NCBI GenBank assembly: GCA_965242885.1
Contig: CBDETH010000008.1
Span: forward strand, 3,374,937-3,438,936
Source of the DNA: a bacterium
GTDB taxonomy: Bacteria > JAAXHH01
Reading direction: 5' to 3'
DNA: 64,000 bases
Of this stretch, positions 9,626 through 18,922 are shown piece by piece. A model generated the notes under the pieces. The model did no database searches and was not told where the DNA came from. It saw nothing but the letters and a program-made list of their open reading frames with translations. The position numbers were made by a program, and so were the translations under genes. Numbering within the stretch: the first letter of the stretch is position 1; each line of letters starts with the position of its first letter.

Positions 9626-9902
9626 GGTGTATCCTGTGAATGTACGGGTTTCCCGTTACTGTACACCATTGCGGATGTATTCGGCAACTGCTTTCACGTC
9701 CTACCCATGGCCGGCGGCGGGTACCAGTCCACCGGGTTTCGGGCGTGGGCGCGCAGATAGAGGCTGGTCACACCAGACTGCCTGTTCGCGGGCGGGAGGG
9801 CCGGGCCCGGCATCGCAGCCCGGAACCACGATCCCGTAGATGAGGACGAAAGCGGCTGGAAAACAGCGGGCCGTACGGACCACGCGAGGCATGCGGGCGG
9901 CC

Positions 9903-11300
9903 CTAGATGTGGATCGCAGCGCCTTCCAGCCCGGCGGCGGCTTCCATGACCAGTTCCGACAGCGTGGGGTGGGCGTGAATGGTCTTATGGAGTTCGCGGG
10001 TGGTCGATTCCAGCGTGCGCGCGGTGCAGATCTCCGCGATCAGTTCCGTGGCGTCCGCACCGATGATGTGCGCGCCGAGGATCTCGCCGTACTTCGCGTC
10101 CGCGATCAGCTTGACCATGCCGTCCGTCTGGCCGGCGGCCACGGCCTTGCCGCTGGAGCGATAGGGCATTCTGAAAACCTGGATTTCACGCCCGTCCGCG
10201 GCGGCCTGCGCCTCGGTACGTCCGACGCTGGCGACCTGGGGCTGGCAATAGGTGCACGCGGGGATGTTCTCGCGATCGATGGGCGCCGATGGATGGCCCG
10301 CGAGTCGCTCCACCAGGTTGATTCCTTCCGCGGAAGCCTTGTGGGCCAGGAGGGGCGGGCCCGTGACGTCGCCGATGGCGTATACGTCGGACACCGTCGT
10401 CCGGCACTCCTCATCCACCTTGATGAAGCCCCTTTCGGTCTCGACGCCGAGTGCTTCCAGCCCGATATCCTCGACGTTCGCGTCGCGGCCAATGGCCAGG
10501 AGCGTGACGTCGGCTTTCAGCGTCTCTACTTTCCCGTCGACGGAAACGGTTACAGAGGTGCCGTCCGAACCCGATTCGGCCGATTCGACGCGCGCGCCGG
10601 TCTTGATCCCGATACCCAGTTTCGCAAAGCTCTTTTCCAGCGTTTCGCTGATCTCCTCGTCTTCCACGGGCAGCAGGTGAGGCAGCATCTCGACGATGGT
10701 GACTTCGGTTCCGTAGGCCGCGTAATAGTAGGCGAACTCCACGCCGATCGCACCACCGCCGATGATGGTCATCGACCCGGGCGGCTCTTCGATCAGCATG
10801 GCCTCGGTACTGGTGATGATCCGCTTTCCGTCCACCGGAACGGCCGGGATCGCCTTGGATCGCGAACCCGTCGCCAACACGATCGAACGGGCGTTTACGG
10901 TCTGTGTTTCACCCTTGCCGTTCGTCACGTCGACGGAAGTGGCCGAAGCCAGGCGGCCATGGCCGCTGACGAGATCCACCTTGTTCTTCTTGAGGAGGAA
11001 CTTTATGCCGCCGGCCAGTGTGTCGGCGGCCTTGCGGCTGCGCTTCACGGCCTTGCCCATGTCGAATTGCAGGTTGTCGCAGGAAATACCGTAATCTTCG
11101 GCGTGACGCAGGGTCAGTACGAGCTCGGCGTTCTTCAGCAGCGCCTTGGTGGGAATGCATCCCCAGTTCAGGCACACGCCGCCGGGTTTGTCCTTCTCGA
11201 TCACCACCGATTTCAAGCCCAGCTGGGCCGCGCGAATCGCCGAAACGTACCCCCCGGGCCCGCCGCCGACTACTGCCACGTCGTAGATCTCTGATGCCAT
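9903..11300 (-). CDS. lpdA: Dihydrolipoyl dehydrogenase (E3)
   Basis: YDVAVVGGGPGGY FAD motif and redox-active GGVCLNWGCIPTK disulfide. Full length of 465 aa. Confidence 0.95.
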   Translation of the reverse strand: MASEIYDVAVVGGGPGGYVSAIRAAQLGLKSVVIEKDKPGGVCLNWGCIPTKALLKNAELVLTLRHAEDYGISCDNLQFDMGKAVKRSRKAADTLAGGIKFLLKKNKVDLVSGHGRLASATSVDVTNGKGETQTVNARSIVLATGSRSKAIPAVPVDGKRIITSTEAMLIEEPPGSMTIIGGGAIGVEFAYYYAAYGTEVTIVEMLPHLLPVEDEEISETLEKSFAKLGIGIKTGARVESAESGSDGTSVTVSVDGKVETLKADVTLLAIGRDANVEDIGLEALGVETERGFIKVDEECRTTVSDVYAIGDVTGPPLLAHKASAEGINLVERLAGHPSAPIDRENIPACTYCQPQVASVGRTEAQAAADGREIQVFRMPYRSSGKAVAAGQTDGMVKLIADAKYGEILGAHIIGADATELIAEICTARTLESTTRELHKTIHAHPTLSELVMEAAAGLEGAAIHI

Positions 11301-11417
11301 GTCTGACTCCGGAAAAATGAATGGATCCCAACTGCCCCTGAAGCGCTGGTATAACTAAGGCGCAAGGCCCTGAATGTCAAGATAATTCTCTTGTCTGCCA
11401 GGGCTTTACGTTGTATC

Positions 11418-12692
11418 ATGAAAAGGATCGGAAGACCGATGAATACGGGCCTCGGAGCGCACATCGAAACGGCCGGACACATGACCCTGGAAGCCATCGT
11501 CAAGTCCATCACACACGGGCGAATCACCGAGCTGATCGAAGGACTGGTCGCCATCCCGTCGGTCACGGGAAACGAACAGGCGCTGGGCGACATGCTCCAT
11601 GGATATTTCGGCGAGATCGGCCTTGCTCACGTACATCGGATCCCGGTGGAGGATTCGGGCGACACCCTGGCCGTGCGGATTCCCGGCCGCGGGAACGGCA
11701 ACGGGAACAGCCGAGGGAACGGCGGCGGTCACGGCCGCGCGTTCATGCTCAATTTCCACCAGGACACCTTCGATGCGTGCGATGGCTGGGAAACGGACCC
11801 GTGGTCGCCCGTGGTCAAAGACGGTTGCGTTTTCGGACTCGGCGCGCACGACATGAAGGCCGGGGCGGCGGCCGTGCTCGCCGCGTTAGAGGCCATCGTC
11901 CGGTCCGGCGTGGAACTGGCCGGCGACCTGATCGTCTCCGCCACGACCGACGAGGAGAACTGGTCCCGGGGCGCCCACGCCCTGATCGACAGCGGGCTGC
12001 TCGGGGGGTGCGAAGGCTGCCTCATTCCCGAACCCACGCCGCCGGGACGCCTGCGCATCGGTTCGCGGGGCCGTCACGTGATCAAGATCGACCTCGCGGG
12101 CAGGACGGCCCATGCCGCGTACACGGGAGAGGGCATCAACGCCGTTCATGACGCCGCGACGATCATCACGGCACTGGACCGGATCGAACTGGGCTGGAAC
12201 GAGGAGTTCGAACTCGGCGGCACGATCTGCGTCATCGAAATCAGCGGGGGAAGAAACATCATCCTCGTGCCGGAACACGCGCAGGTCGTCCTCGACCGGC
12301 ACATACTGCCCGGACAGTCGATCAACGAGGCCGCGGAGGACATCGAGGCGCTGATCCGGTCCCTGTCGATCGCGTCCGAGTGGCGCGTCACGTGGGACGA
12401 CCGGCCCACGCCCGCGCCGGCGCCGTATATCGTGGATCCCGGCTCGAACTTCGTCCTATCCACCCGGAAGCGGGTCGAGGAGCAACTCGGCCGGCCGGTG
12501 CGAAACGCCCTGGCCCGGAGCGTGGCCGACACGAATCACTTTGCCGTGACCGGGGGCATCCCTACGCTGGTGTACGGACCCGAAGGGGGAAACACCTGCC
12601 AGGCCAACGAATTCGTCAGTATCGAGTCCACCCTCCGTGTCGCGCGGGCCTATTGCGGCATCGTGATCGACATGCTGGGAATCGCGCGTTAG
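11418..12692 (+). CDS. M20 family metallopeptidase (ArgE/DapE/ACY1/CPG2-like)
   Basis: LVAIPSVTGNEQ, HQDTF and the TTDEE motif. The start is uncertain (TTG 11391, ATG 11418, 11439 or 11481). Contains a GRGNGNGNSRGNGGGHGR low-complexity insert. Confidence 0.75.
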   Translation: MKRIGRPMNTGLGAHIETAGHMTLEAIVKSITHGRITELIEGLVAIPSVTGNEQALGDMLHGYFGEIGLAHVHRIPVEDSGDTLAVRIPGRGNGNGNSRGNGGGHGRAFMLNFHQDTFDACDGWETDPWSPVVKDGCVFGLGAHDMKAGAAAVLAALEAIVRSGVELAGDLIVSATTDEENWSRGAHALIDSGLLGGCEGCLIPEPTPPGRLRIGSRGRHVIKIDLAGRTAHAAYTGEGINAVHDAATIITALDRIELGWNEEFELGGTICVIEISGGRNIILVPEHAQVVLDRHILPGQSINEAAEDIEALIRSLSIASEWRVTWDDRPTPAPAPYIVDPGSNFVLSTRKRVEEQLGRPVRNALARSVADTNHFAVTGGIPTLVYGPEGGNTCQANEFVSIESTLRVARAYCGIVIDMLGIAR

Positions 12693-12698
12693 CCCATC

Positions 12699-13745
12699 AT
12701 GTTTCAACGCCTTCTCATCGTCGCCTTATTTATAGTGGTCGCGATCCTGCTCGTCCGAACGATCGCGAACTGGTTCAACCGGGGTGGCTGGATCGGCCGG
12801 GGACAGTCCGAAATAAAGGGCAGTTGGGCGGTGGTCGAACCGCTGGGTAGGCTCGGTAAAGCCGCCGAGAACACCCTGAAATCGTCGTTGAAACTCGAAG
12901 GCGAGGAAGATCTGCAGAAGGTGGCGGTGCTGTTCGACGTGGCGCACCGGACCGTCCAGAGCCTTCCTCTCGATGCCGCCGAGTTGCGTATCCTGGCCGA
13001 CGGGGCATCCGAGCCGATCCGCGCAGTACTCTACCAAGACGAGGCCTTATATGCGCCCGGGTGGCTGCTGTTCGCCGCGGATCGCGTACAGGACGTCCAC
13101 CCCGACATGTACGCGTACGAGGTCAAGCGGCTCACCCTTACGACCTACCGGGAAGTCTTCCCGTCGGACGGGGAAACAGTACTCCCACCGGAACGGACCC
13201 TGGCGCCCGTCGCGTACGGGACGCCGCCGCCGGTCGGCGATCAGTACGGCCACCTGGGCAGCCTGGGTGCGGAATATACCCGGGACGCGGTATATGTCTC
13301 CCTGCTCGAGTGCCCGGCAGAAGCGCTGCCCGACGAGGCCATGGCGCCCCTGTTGCAGTTGCTTTTCAAGACGGAGGACGAACCCGTACCGGATGGCGAG
13401 ACCCCGGTGGACGAGCTGCTTGCGCGGTATGGTGACCGGCTTTACGCGGCGGCCGTCCACTCTATGAACCGGTCGGAGTCGTCTGCACCGGCCGGATCGT
13501 CTGCGTCGGACGGACAGCCCGAACCGGCCGGACCGGGCGGACCGAACGGGCCACCCAGGCCCGGCGCGTATTCGCCCGCGCTGTTCCGGCTAATCGGCGC
13601 GTGGCCGCGGTCATCCGCGGAACCGCTGTTCCGTGCGGCCCTCGAATCGGGTTGGAACGACTGCGCACGCTTCCTGCCCGAATCGGGATGGGCGCGGGAC
13701 CTGAAGGCCGTGTTTCGAGACAGTCCCTATGGCGCACCGGCATAG
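12699..13745 (+). CDS. Hypothetical protein with an N-terminal membrane anchor
   Basis: N-terminal TM LLIVALFIVVAILLV. No recognisable domain. Repeat-derived SSAPAGSSASDGQPEPAGPGGPNGPPRPG segment. Confidence 0.45.
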   Translation: MFQRLLIVALFIVVAILLVRTIANWFNRGGWIGRGQSEIKGSWAVVEPLGRLGKAAENTLKSSLKLEGEEDLQKVAVLFDVAHRTVQSLPLDAAELRILADGASEPIRAVLYQDEALYAPGWLLFAADRVQDVHPDMYAYEVKRLTLTTYREVFPSDGETVLPPERTLAPVAYGTPPPVGDQYGHLGSLGAEYTRDAVYVSLLECPAEALPDEAMAPLLQLLFKTEDEPVPDGETPVDELLARYGDRLYAAAVHSMNRSESSAPAGSSASDGQPEPAGPGGPNGPPRPGAYSPALFRLIGAWPRSSAEPLFRAALESGWNDCARFLPESGWARDLKAVFRDSPYGAPA

Positions 13746-13791
13746 GACGGCGTAATGGAGATGGCGCCTTGAGGAACGGGAGGTGACCGCC

Positions 13792-14679
13792 ATGCGAATT
13801 TCCGCGAGACCCCTGCCCGGATTCGGCATGGAGTTATCCGGCGTCGATCTGTCGGAACCGCTGGAACCGGAAGTCATGCGGGAAATCCTGCGGGTATTTC
13901 ACGAACATGGCCTGATCGTGATCCCCGGCCAGGAAATGACCTTCGACCGCTACGACGCCTTCACCAGGGAGTTCGGCGCCCAGAAGCCCCATTTCCTGGA
14001 TCACCTGCGCCACGAGAACCATTCGGCCATACTCAACCTCTCCAACATTTTCGAAGACGGGCGTCCCATCGGCGTCTACGAAGGCGCGGCCTTCTGGCAC
14101 ACGGACGTGGCCTACCAGGACCCGCCCAACAGTTCCACGGTCGTTTACGGCCGGCAGTGGCCCGATGGGGGCTGCCCTACCTACTTCGCCGACCAGATGA
14201 CCGCCTACGACGACCTGCCCGTGAAGATGAAAGACACCATCGACAACCTGTCCGTTCTGCATCACTACGGAAACCGGGCGGACATGAACGAGGAGTCTTC
14301 GACCTCGGCGGAAAAACTGACGCTGGACCAGAAGGACCGGGTCGAGAACGTCTACCATCCCCTGGTCAAGCGCCACCCGGTCACTGGACGCAAAGCGCTC
14401 TACGGCGTCTGCGGCAGTTCCTTCGGCATCGTCGGCATGCCGGATGACGAGGCCTTCGACCTGTTGGATGAACTGGCCGCCCACGCCATCAAGCCGGAAT
14501 ACGTGACCGAGTACGACTTCAGGGTGGGCGACGCGGGTGCGTGGGACACCTTTTCGACCCTGCACAAGGCCACGGTGCTGGAACCGGCCAGCAGCCCCCG
14601 GGACAGCCGCTTGCTCTGGCGCATCAGCGTGACCGGGCTGCCTCCGATAATCGAACGGGAACGGGCGGCGATGCACTGA
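13792..14679 (+). CDS. TauD/TfdA family Fe(II)/2-oxoglutarate dioxygenase
   Basis: GVDLS...FHEHGLIVIPGQ and WHTDVAY (HxD) motifs. A GGGAGG RBS lies 9 nt upstream of ATG 13792. Confidence 0.8.
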   Translation: MRISARPLPGFGMELSGVDLSEPLEPEVMREILRVFHEHGLIVIPGQEMTFDRYDAFTREFGAQKPHFLDHLRHENHSAILNLSNIFEDGRPIGVYEGAAFWHTDVAYQDPPNSSTVVYGRQWPDGGCPTYFADQMTAYDDLPVKMKDTIDNLSVLHHYGNRADMNEESSTSAEKLTLDQKDRVENVYHPLVKRHPVTGRKALYGVCGSSFGIVGMPDDEAFDLLDELAAHAIKPEYVTEYDFRVGDAGAWDTFSTLHKATVLEPASSPRDSRLLWRISVTGLPPIIERERAAMH

Positions 14680-14716
14680 GCGGCTCCCGGCGCCTCGTCA
14701 GACTGATTGGATCGAC

Positions 14717-15349
14717 ATGCCCAGAAAAAACAGGCCCAACAGCGCCACGACGCCGCGTCGTCAGAAGACGAAGCGCGGACGGCGACCAGGCCGTCGCGCC
14801 AAGGGCGCCAATGGCATGGGCGAAGACAGCATGGCGGCCGATGGTCTGGCCGGTAATCCCGCCGATGTCGTCGCTCCCTCGGAAACCGGAACGGGCCAAC
14901 CCCCGGTGGGACGGGTTCTCGCCGTGGATTACGGTGAAAGACGTGTCGGTCTCGCCTTAAGTGATCCGGCTGGCCTGATCGCCCAGGGGCTGGAAACGAT
15001 CCAGACGCCGGGCACGGGCGAAACCGTCGCATCCATCGTGGACATCGTCGAGGAACAGGAGGTACGGGAGATCATCCTGGGACTGCCGGTCCACATGGAC
15101 GGGACCGCGGGCGAAATGGCCGGGAAGGTCGAGGCGTTGGCGGACCAGTTGCGAAAGAGAGTGGCCTGCGAGGTACGCACGTGGGACGAGCGGTTGACCA
15201 GCGTTTCGGCCCGTCGGGCCATGCATGAAATGGGCAGCACGGCCCGGGGAGACAAGGGCAGCCTGGACAGGATCGCCGCCACGCTGCTGCTGCAGAACTA
15301 CCTGGACTTCCGCCGGGGGAAGGCGACAGAACCGGATTCACGACCATGA
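14717..15349 (+). CDS. ruvX: Holliday junction resolvase-like RuvX/YqgF
   Basis: Core RVLAVDYGERRVGLALSD ... ILGLPVHMDG ... WDERLTS ... DRIAATLLLQNYL. The ORF carries a basic N-terminal extension of about 63 aa. An alternative GTG start at 14906 would remove it. Confidence 0.8.
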   Translation: MPRKNRPNSATTPRRQKTKRGRRPGRRAKGANGMGEDSMAADGLAGNPADVVAPSETGTGQPPVGRVLAVDYGERRVGLALSDPAGLIAQGLETIQTPGTGETVASIVDIVEEQEVREIILGLPVHMDGTAGEMAGKVEALADQLRKRVACEVRTWDERLTSVSARRAMHEMGSTARGDKGSLDRIAATLLLQNYLDFRRGKATEPDSRP

Positions 15350-16341
15350 AAAAGCTACTTGCCGCTGCCATCGTCCTCGTCGTGCTATTCGGAACGGCCG
15401 TGCTGGTCGCGGCCTACCAGTTCTCCAACCTCGCGGTCGAGCGCGATACCGTCATCCATTACACTGTCGAACCCGGCATGACCCTGACCGACGTCGCCGG
15501 GGACCTGGAAGACCGGGGCGTGGTACGTCACGCGATCCTGTTCGAACTGCTGGCGCGTTACAGGGGAGTGGGGCACGGCATAAACGCTGGACGTTACGAA
15601 ATCGAGTCCTACATGGACGCCGGCCAGATCCTGAGCATGCTCGTTGAGGGCAGGATCGTGGTCAATCGCGTCAATGTCCCGGAGGGCCTGACCATCCCTG
15701 AAACGGCCCGGATCCTGCGGGCGAGGATCGGCATCGATTCCACCGCGTTCGTTCAACGGTCCGTCGATCCGGAGGCCGTGCGATCGCTGGGGATCGAAGC
15801 GCCCTCCCTGGAGGGATACCTGTACCCGGCGACCTACAACATGTACCCGGACATGACCGTCGACGACATCCTCAAGCAGATGACGTCGCGACATCTGCAA
15901 ACCATCACCGAGGAGTACCGCAAGCGGGCGGAGGAACTGGAGTATAGTTTACACGAGATCGTCACCCTGGCTTCCATCATCGAACAGGAAGCGATGGTGG
16001 ACGACGAAAGGGACGTCATTTCGGGGGTATTTCACAACAGGCTGCAGAGGGGCATGCGACTGGAGGCCGACCCCACGGTCCAGTACGGGATCGGCAGGCC
16101 GAACATGAGACTCTACGAGAAGCACCTGTCCCACCCCTCGCCCTATAACACGTATGTGCATGCCGGGCTGCCGCCGGGACCGATCTGCAGCCCCGGCGAG
16201 GCGTCCATTCACGCCGCGCTCTACCCGGAGGACGTGCCCTATCTCTTCTTCGTAGCCCGCGGGGACGGCAGGCACATCTTTTCCGAAACCAACCGCGAGC
16301 ACAACCGGGCCCGGGCCCAGGTCAGACGCCAGCGTAACTGA
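15346..16341 (+). CDS. mltG: Endolytic murein transglycosylase MltG (YceG family)
   Basis: N-terminal TM. YceG-like blocks TLASIIEQEA and YNTYVHAGLPPGPICSPG. ATGA overlap with ruvX. Confidence 0.85.
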   Translation: MKKLLAAAIVLVVLFGTAVLVAAYQFSNLAVERDTVIHYTVEPGMTLTDVAGDLEDRGVVRHAILFELLARYRGVGHGINAGRYEIESYMDAGQILSMLVEGRIVVNRVNVPEGLTIPETARILRARIGIDSTAFVQRSVDPEAVRSLGIEAPSLEGYLYPATYNMYPDMTVDDILKQMTSRHLQTITEEYRKRAEELEYSLHEIVTLASIIEQEAMVDDERDVISGVFHNRLQRGMRLEADPTVQYGIGRPNMRLYEKHLSHPSPYNTYVHAGLPPGPICSPGEASIHAALYPEDVPYLFFVARGDGRHIFSETNREHNRARAQVRRQRN

Positions 16342-16387
16342 TCTCGACGAGCGGAACCGATCTTGATGGTTGAATCACTGAAAGCCG

Positions 16388-17155
16388 TCACACGGCCGTG
16401 TATCCGCCGTCCACGACCATGGTATGGCCGGTCACCATGGCACTCGCGTCGGACGCGAGGTAGATGATCGAACTGGCGATCTCATCCGGTTCGGCCAGCC
16501 GTCCCAGCAGGATCTTCTTGATATTGGCCCGGAACCCCGGGTTCTCCATCGCCTTCTCCACCATGGGGGTTCGCGTCATGGTCGGCGCCACGGCGTTCAC
16601 GGTGATGCCGTGCTCCGCCCATTCGGCGGCCATGGACTTGGTCAGTGTGCACACGCCGCCCTTGGCCGCCGTGTAGGCCGCCCGCAGCGGACCGCCGACA
16701 ACGCCCACCTGGGACGATATGTTGATGATGCGCCCGCCGCGGCCCCGTTCGATCATGTGCGCGGCGAGGGCCTGGCTGAGGAAGAAGACGCTTTTCAGGT
16801 TCACGTCGATGATCTCGTCGTACACTTCCTCGGTGACTTCGAGCACCGGCATGATTCGGTTGCATCCGGCGTTGTTGACCAGGATATCGATGTCTCCCGC
16901 GTCCGCGAGCACCTGGTCCACGAATGCGCGGATCGAATCCAACTTGCCCACGTCCACCGTATGAACGACGCAGTCGCGGCCCATCGACCGGATCTCGGAA
17001 GCCACCGGCTCCAGGTCGGCCCGGGTGCGGCTTCCGATCGCCAGGTCGGCGCCCACGCGGGCGGCCCCCAGCGCGATGGCCTTGCCGATGCCCTTGCTCG
17101 CACCGGTGACGATCATGGTTTTGCCTTCCAGGGAAAACAGGGATGTATCGGACAT
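16388..17155 (-). CDS. SDR family oxidoreductase (FabG/glucose dehydrogenase-like)
   Basis: TGASKGIG cofactor motif, NNAG, and a YxxxK-type active-site region (YTAAKGG). GGAGG RBS upstream. Confidence 0.85.
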   Translation of the reverse strand: MSDTSLFSLEGKTMIVTGASKGIGKAIALGAARVGADLAIGSRTRADLEPVASEIRSMGRDCVVHTVDVGKLDSIRAFVDQVLADAGDIDILVNNAGCNRIMPVLEVTEEVYDEIIDVNLKSVFFLSQALAAHMIERGRGGRIINISSQVGVVGGPLRAAYTAAKGGVCTLTKSMAAEWAEHGITVNAVAPTMTRTPMVEKAMENPGFRANIKKILLGRLAEPDEIASSIIYLASDASAMVTGHTMVVDGGYTAV

Positions 17156-17170
17156 TGAATCCTCCGGTCA

Positions 17171-17255
17171 GATTGGTCTGGCTTGGTCATGCCTGGCTAT
17201 GCTTGGTCATGCCTGGTCATGCCTGTGCATGCCTGGGACATGCTCGGATATGCAT
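17171..17255. repeat. About 7.5 copies of a 10-bp phased tandem repeat (GCYTGGTCAT), immediately upstream of the SDR gene start
   Basis: Read directly: gcttggtcat gcctggctat gcttggtcat gcctggtcat gcctgtgcat gcctgggacat gctcggatat gcat. Confidence 0.9.
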
Positions 17256-17513
17256 AGGGATACGCGTGGCCCGGGAACCATGGAAGCCACGCGGTCAATT
17301 GGCTGATATCGGCGGAGGAGTGTACAATCGAGGTTGGATTTCGTCAAATGAATTCGGCCGTCGTTGCCGCGCCGCGCGGCGCCTTAGCGCTTGCATCCGA
17401 CGCCTGCGCCGGTTACTTTACGCCGGTGTGCCGCCATGGTTGCAGCATGGGCGTGACATGGTGCGCCGGCATGGTTGCACCGGCCCTGTTTTTATTGTGA
17501 AATCCCGTGTGCT

Positions 17514-18920
17514 TCAGGAGGCCGGTTTCAGCACGTTCCGCCAAGATCCTTCCCACGCGAACCGCGCGATCAACAGGCCGTAAAAGGGGACGTACTGCAC
17601 ACAACGGACCCAGATTTCTTCTTCCCAGGTCCCGGTGAGGACGAAACCGATAACGACATGGTAAGAAAGGGCAGCCAGGCCGGACAGCAGGATCCACGCC
17701 GGGTTGGGGTACAGGCAGAGGAAAGGGATGATCCAGACCAGGTACCAGGGCTGCACCGTGGGCGTGAGCACGAGATAGCCTCCGAGCAGTACGAAGGCCG
17801 AACGGAACGGATCCGTTATCCTGACCGCGCAGTACGCGACCAGGGCGATGAAGAGCAATGCCGCGATGATCTTGGACGCGTTCAGCGAATCCGTCAGATA
17901 GAAGAAGATCGAGAAGAGACTGTCATTGAACCGCCACTTGTCGCCGTAGACCAGGAGTCCGCTGAACAGATCCGGCCCGGCGCCGAGGTAGGGCAGGTAG
18001 CCGGCGAGCAGCAGGACCGGTAGCAGCCAGAAAGGCCTGATGCCGCGAATTTTCAGGTAGAAGGACGGGACAAGCATGGCGGTGAACCACTTGGCGAGCA
18101 TGGAAAGGGCAAGCAAAGCAACCGCCCGGACCGGACGGAGACCGTCCACGGCCAGCAGCGCGGCGAGCATGAGGACGACCGGCAGCGAGTCGTTGTGGCC
18201 GCTGCCCGCGATTTCGACCAGGACGAGGGGATTCCAGGCGTAGATGAGCACGCGCTCCCTTGGAAGGTTCCTGCGACGAAGCATCAGGATCGTGAGGATG
18301 ATTACGCCTACATCGCACAGCGTGAAGAGCAGTTTCATCGAAGCGGGACTGTACCACAGGTACGCCGCAGCCATGAAGGCCGCCTGCATCAGGGGCGGAT
18401 AGACCGTGGGGACGTCCTTATTGTTGATCCCCCCATGGTATTCATCGCGGAGGTGAGCGATTTCGTCGCTCTCCGGGGCATACACGTAGGGGTTTACGCC
18501 GTGGAACTGCATCCTGGCGTCCCAGAGGTACCGGTAGATGTCGTCGGACAGGGTGGGCGGACTGAACTGCAGGATGACCCGACAGAGGATGGCGGCGGCC
18601 AGGATGAACCAGAACGTACTCCGGCCCGGCGCCGCACCGGTCCGGACCTGGTGGACGACGGCGACCGTATAGGCGATGAATGCCGCGGCGAAGGGGATCC
18701 AGAACAGCAGCAGGGCGTCCGGCAAGGCCACCATCGAGGACAGGAAGTCAGGCAGGAACGCGTCAGGGTCGAACAGTCCGCCTGGTCCGATCAGTCCCGC
18801 CCGCAGGTCGCCGATGGCCACGATGACGACACAGGCGGCCACGAGCAGGAGGCCGGGGATGGCGATCGGGGCCAGCCGTCCAGTGAATCCGGCCGGGATG
18901 CTGTAAGCAGAAACGGACAT
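17514..18920 (-). CDS. Polytopic membrane glycosyltransferase, GT-C fold (DUF2029/GT87-like)
   Basis: Many TM helices. Loop motif DDIYRYLWDARMQFHGVNPYVY resembles GT-C/DUF2029 mannosyltransferase-type enzymes. Divergent from the GT2 gene. Confidence 0.55.
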   Translation of the reverse strand: MSVSAYSIPAGFTGRLAPIAIPGLLLVAACVVIVAIGDLRAGLIGPGGLFDPDAFLPDFLSSMVALPDALLLFWIPFAAAFIAYTVAVVHQVRTGAAPGRSTFWFILAAAILCRVILQFSPPTLSDDIYRYLWDARMQFHGVNPYVYAPESDEIAHLRDEYHGGINNKDVPTVYPPLMQAAFMAAAYLWYSPASMKLLFTLCDVGVIILTILMLRRRNLPRERVLIYAWNPLVLVEIAGSGHNDSLPVVLMLAALLAVDGLRPVRAVALLALSMLAKWFTAMLVPSFYLKIRGIRPFWLLPVLLLAGYLPYLGAGPDLFSGLLVYGDKWRFNDSLFSIFFYLTDSLNASKIIAALLFIALVAYCAVRITDPFRSAFVLLGGYLVLTPTVQPWYLVWIIPFLCLYPNPAWILLSGLAALSYHVVIGFVLTGTWEEEIWVRCVQYVPFYGLLIARFAWEGSWRNVLKPAS

Positions 18921-18922
18921 GT

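Noticed and set aside
7642-9902. A genomic island or mobile element around the PcfJ-like gene.
   Set aside because: There is no integrase, transposase, tRNA target or flanking direct/inverted repeats. Only slightly lower GC in the spacers and the plasmid-associated domain name support the idea. It is kept as a finding about the gene itself, not called as a mobile element.
9840-11294. A long plus-strand ORF (484 aa) antisense to lpdA. Similar long shadow ORFs include 456-1937(-), 16424-17158(+), 22054-23610(-), 23632-24861(-), 34699-35664(+), 35541-36797(+), 39738-40787(-), 42386-43537(+), 43516-44715(+), 48144-49439(+), 49385-50569(+) and 61227-62339(-).
   Set aside because: They lie opposite genes with unmistakable conserved motifs. 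Their translations are Arg/Gly/Pro-rich with no recognisable domains. Long antisense open frames are expected in GC-rich DNA.
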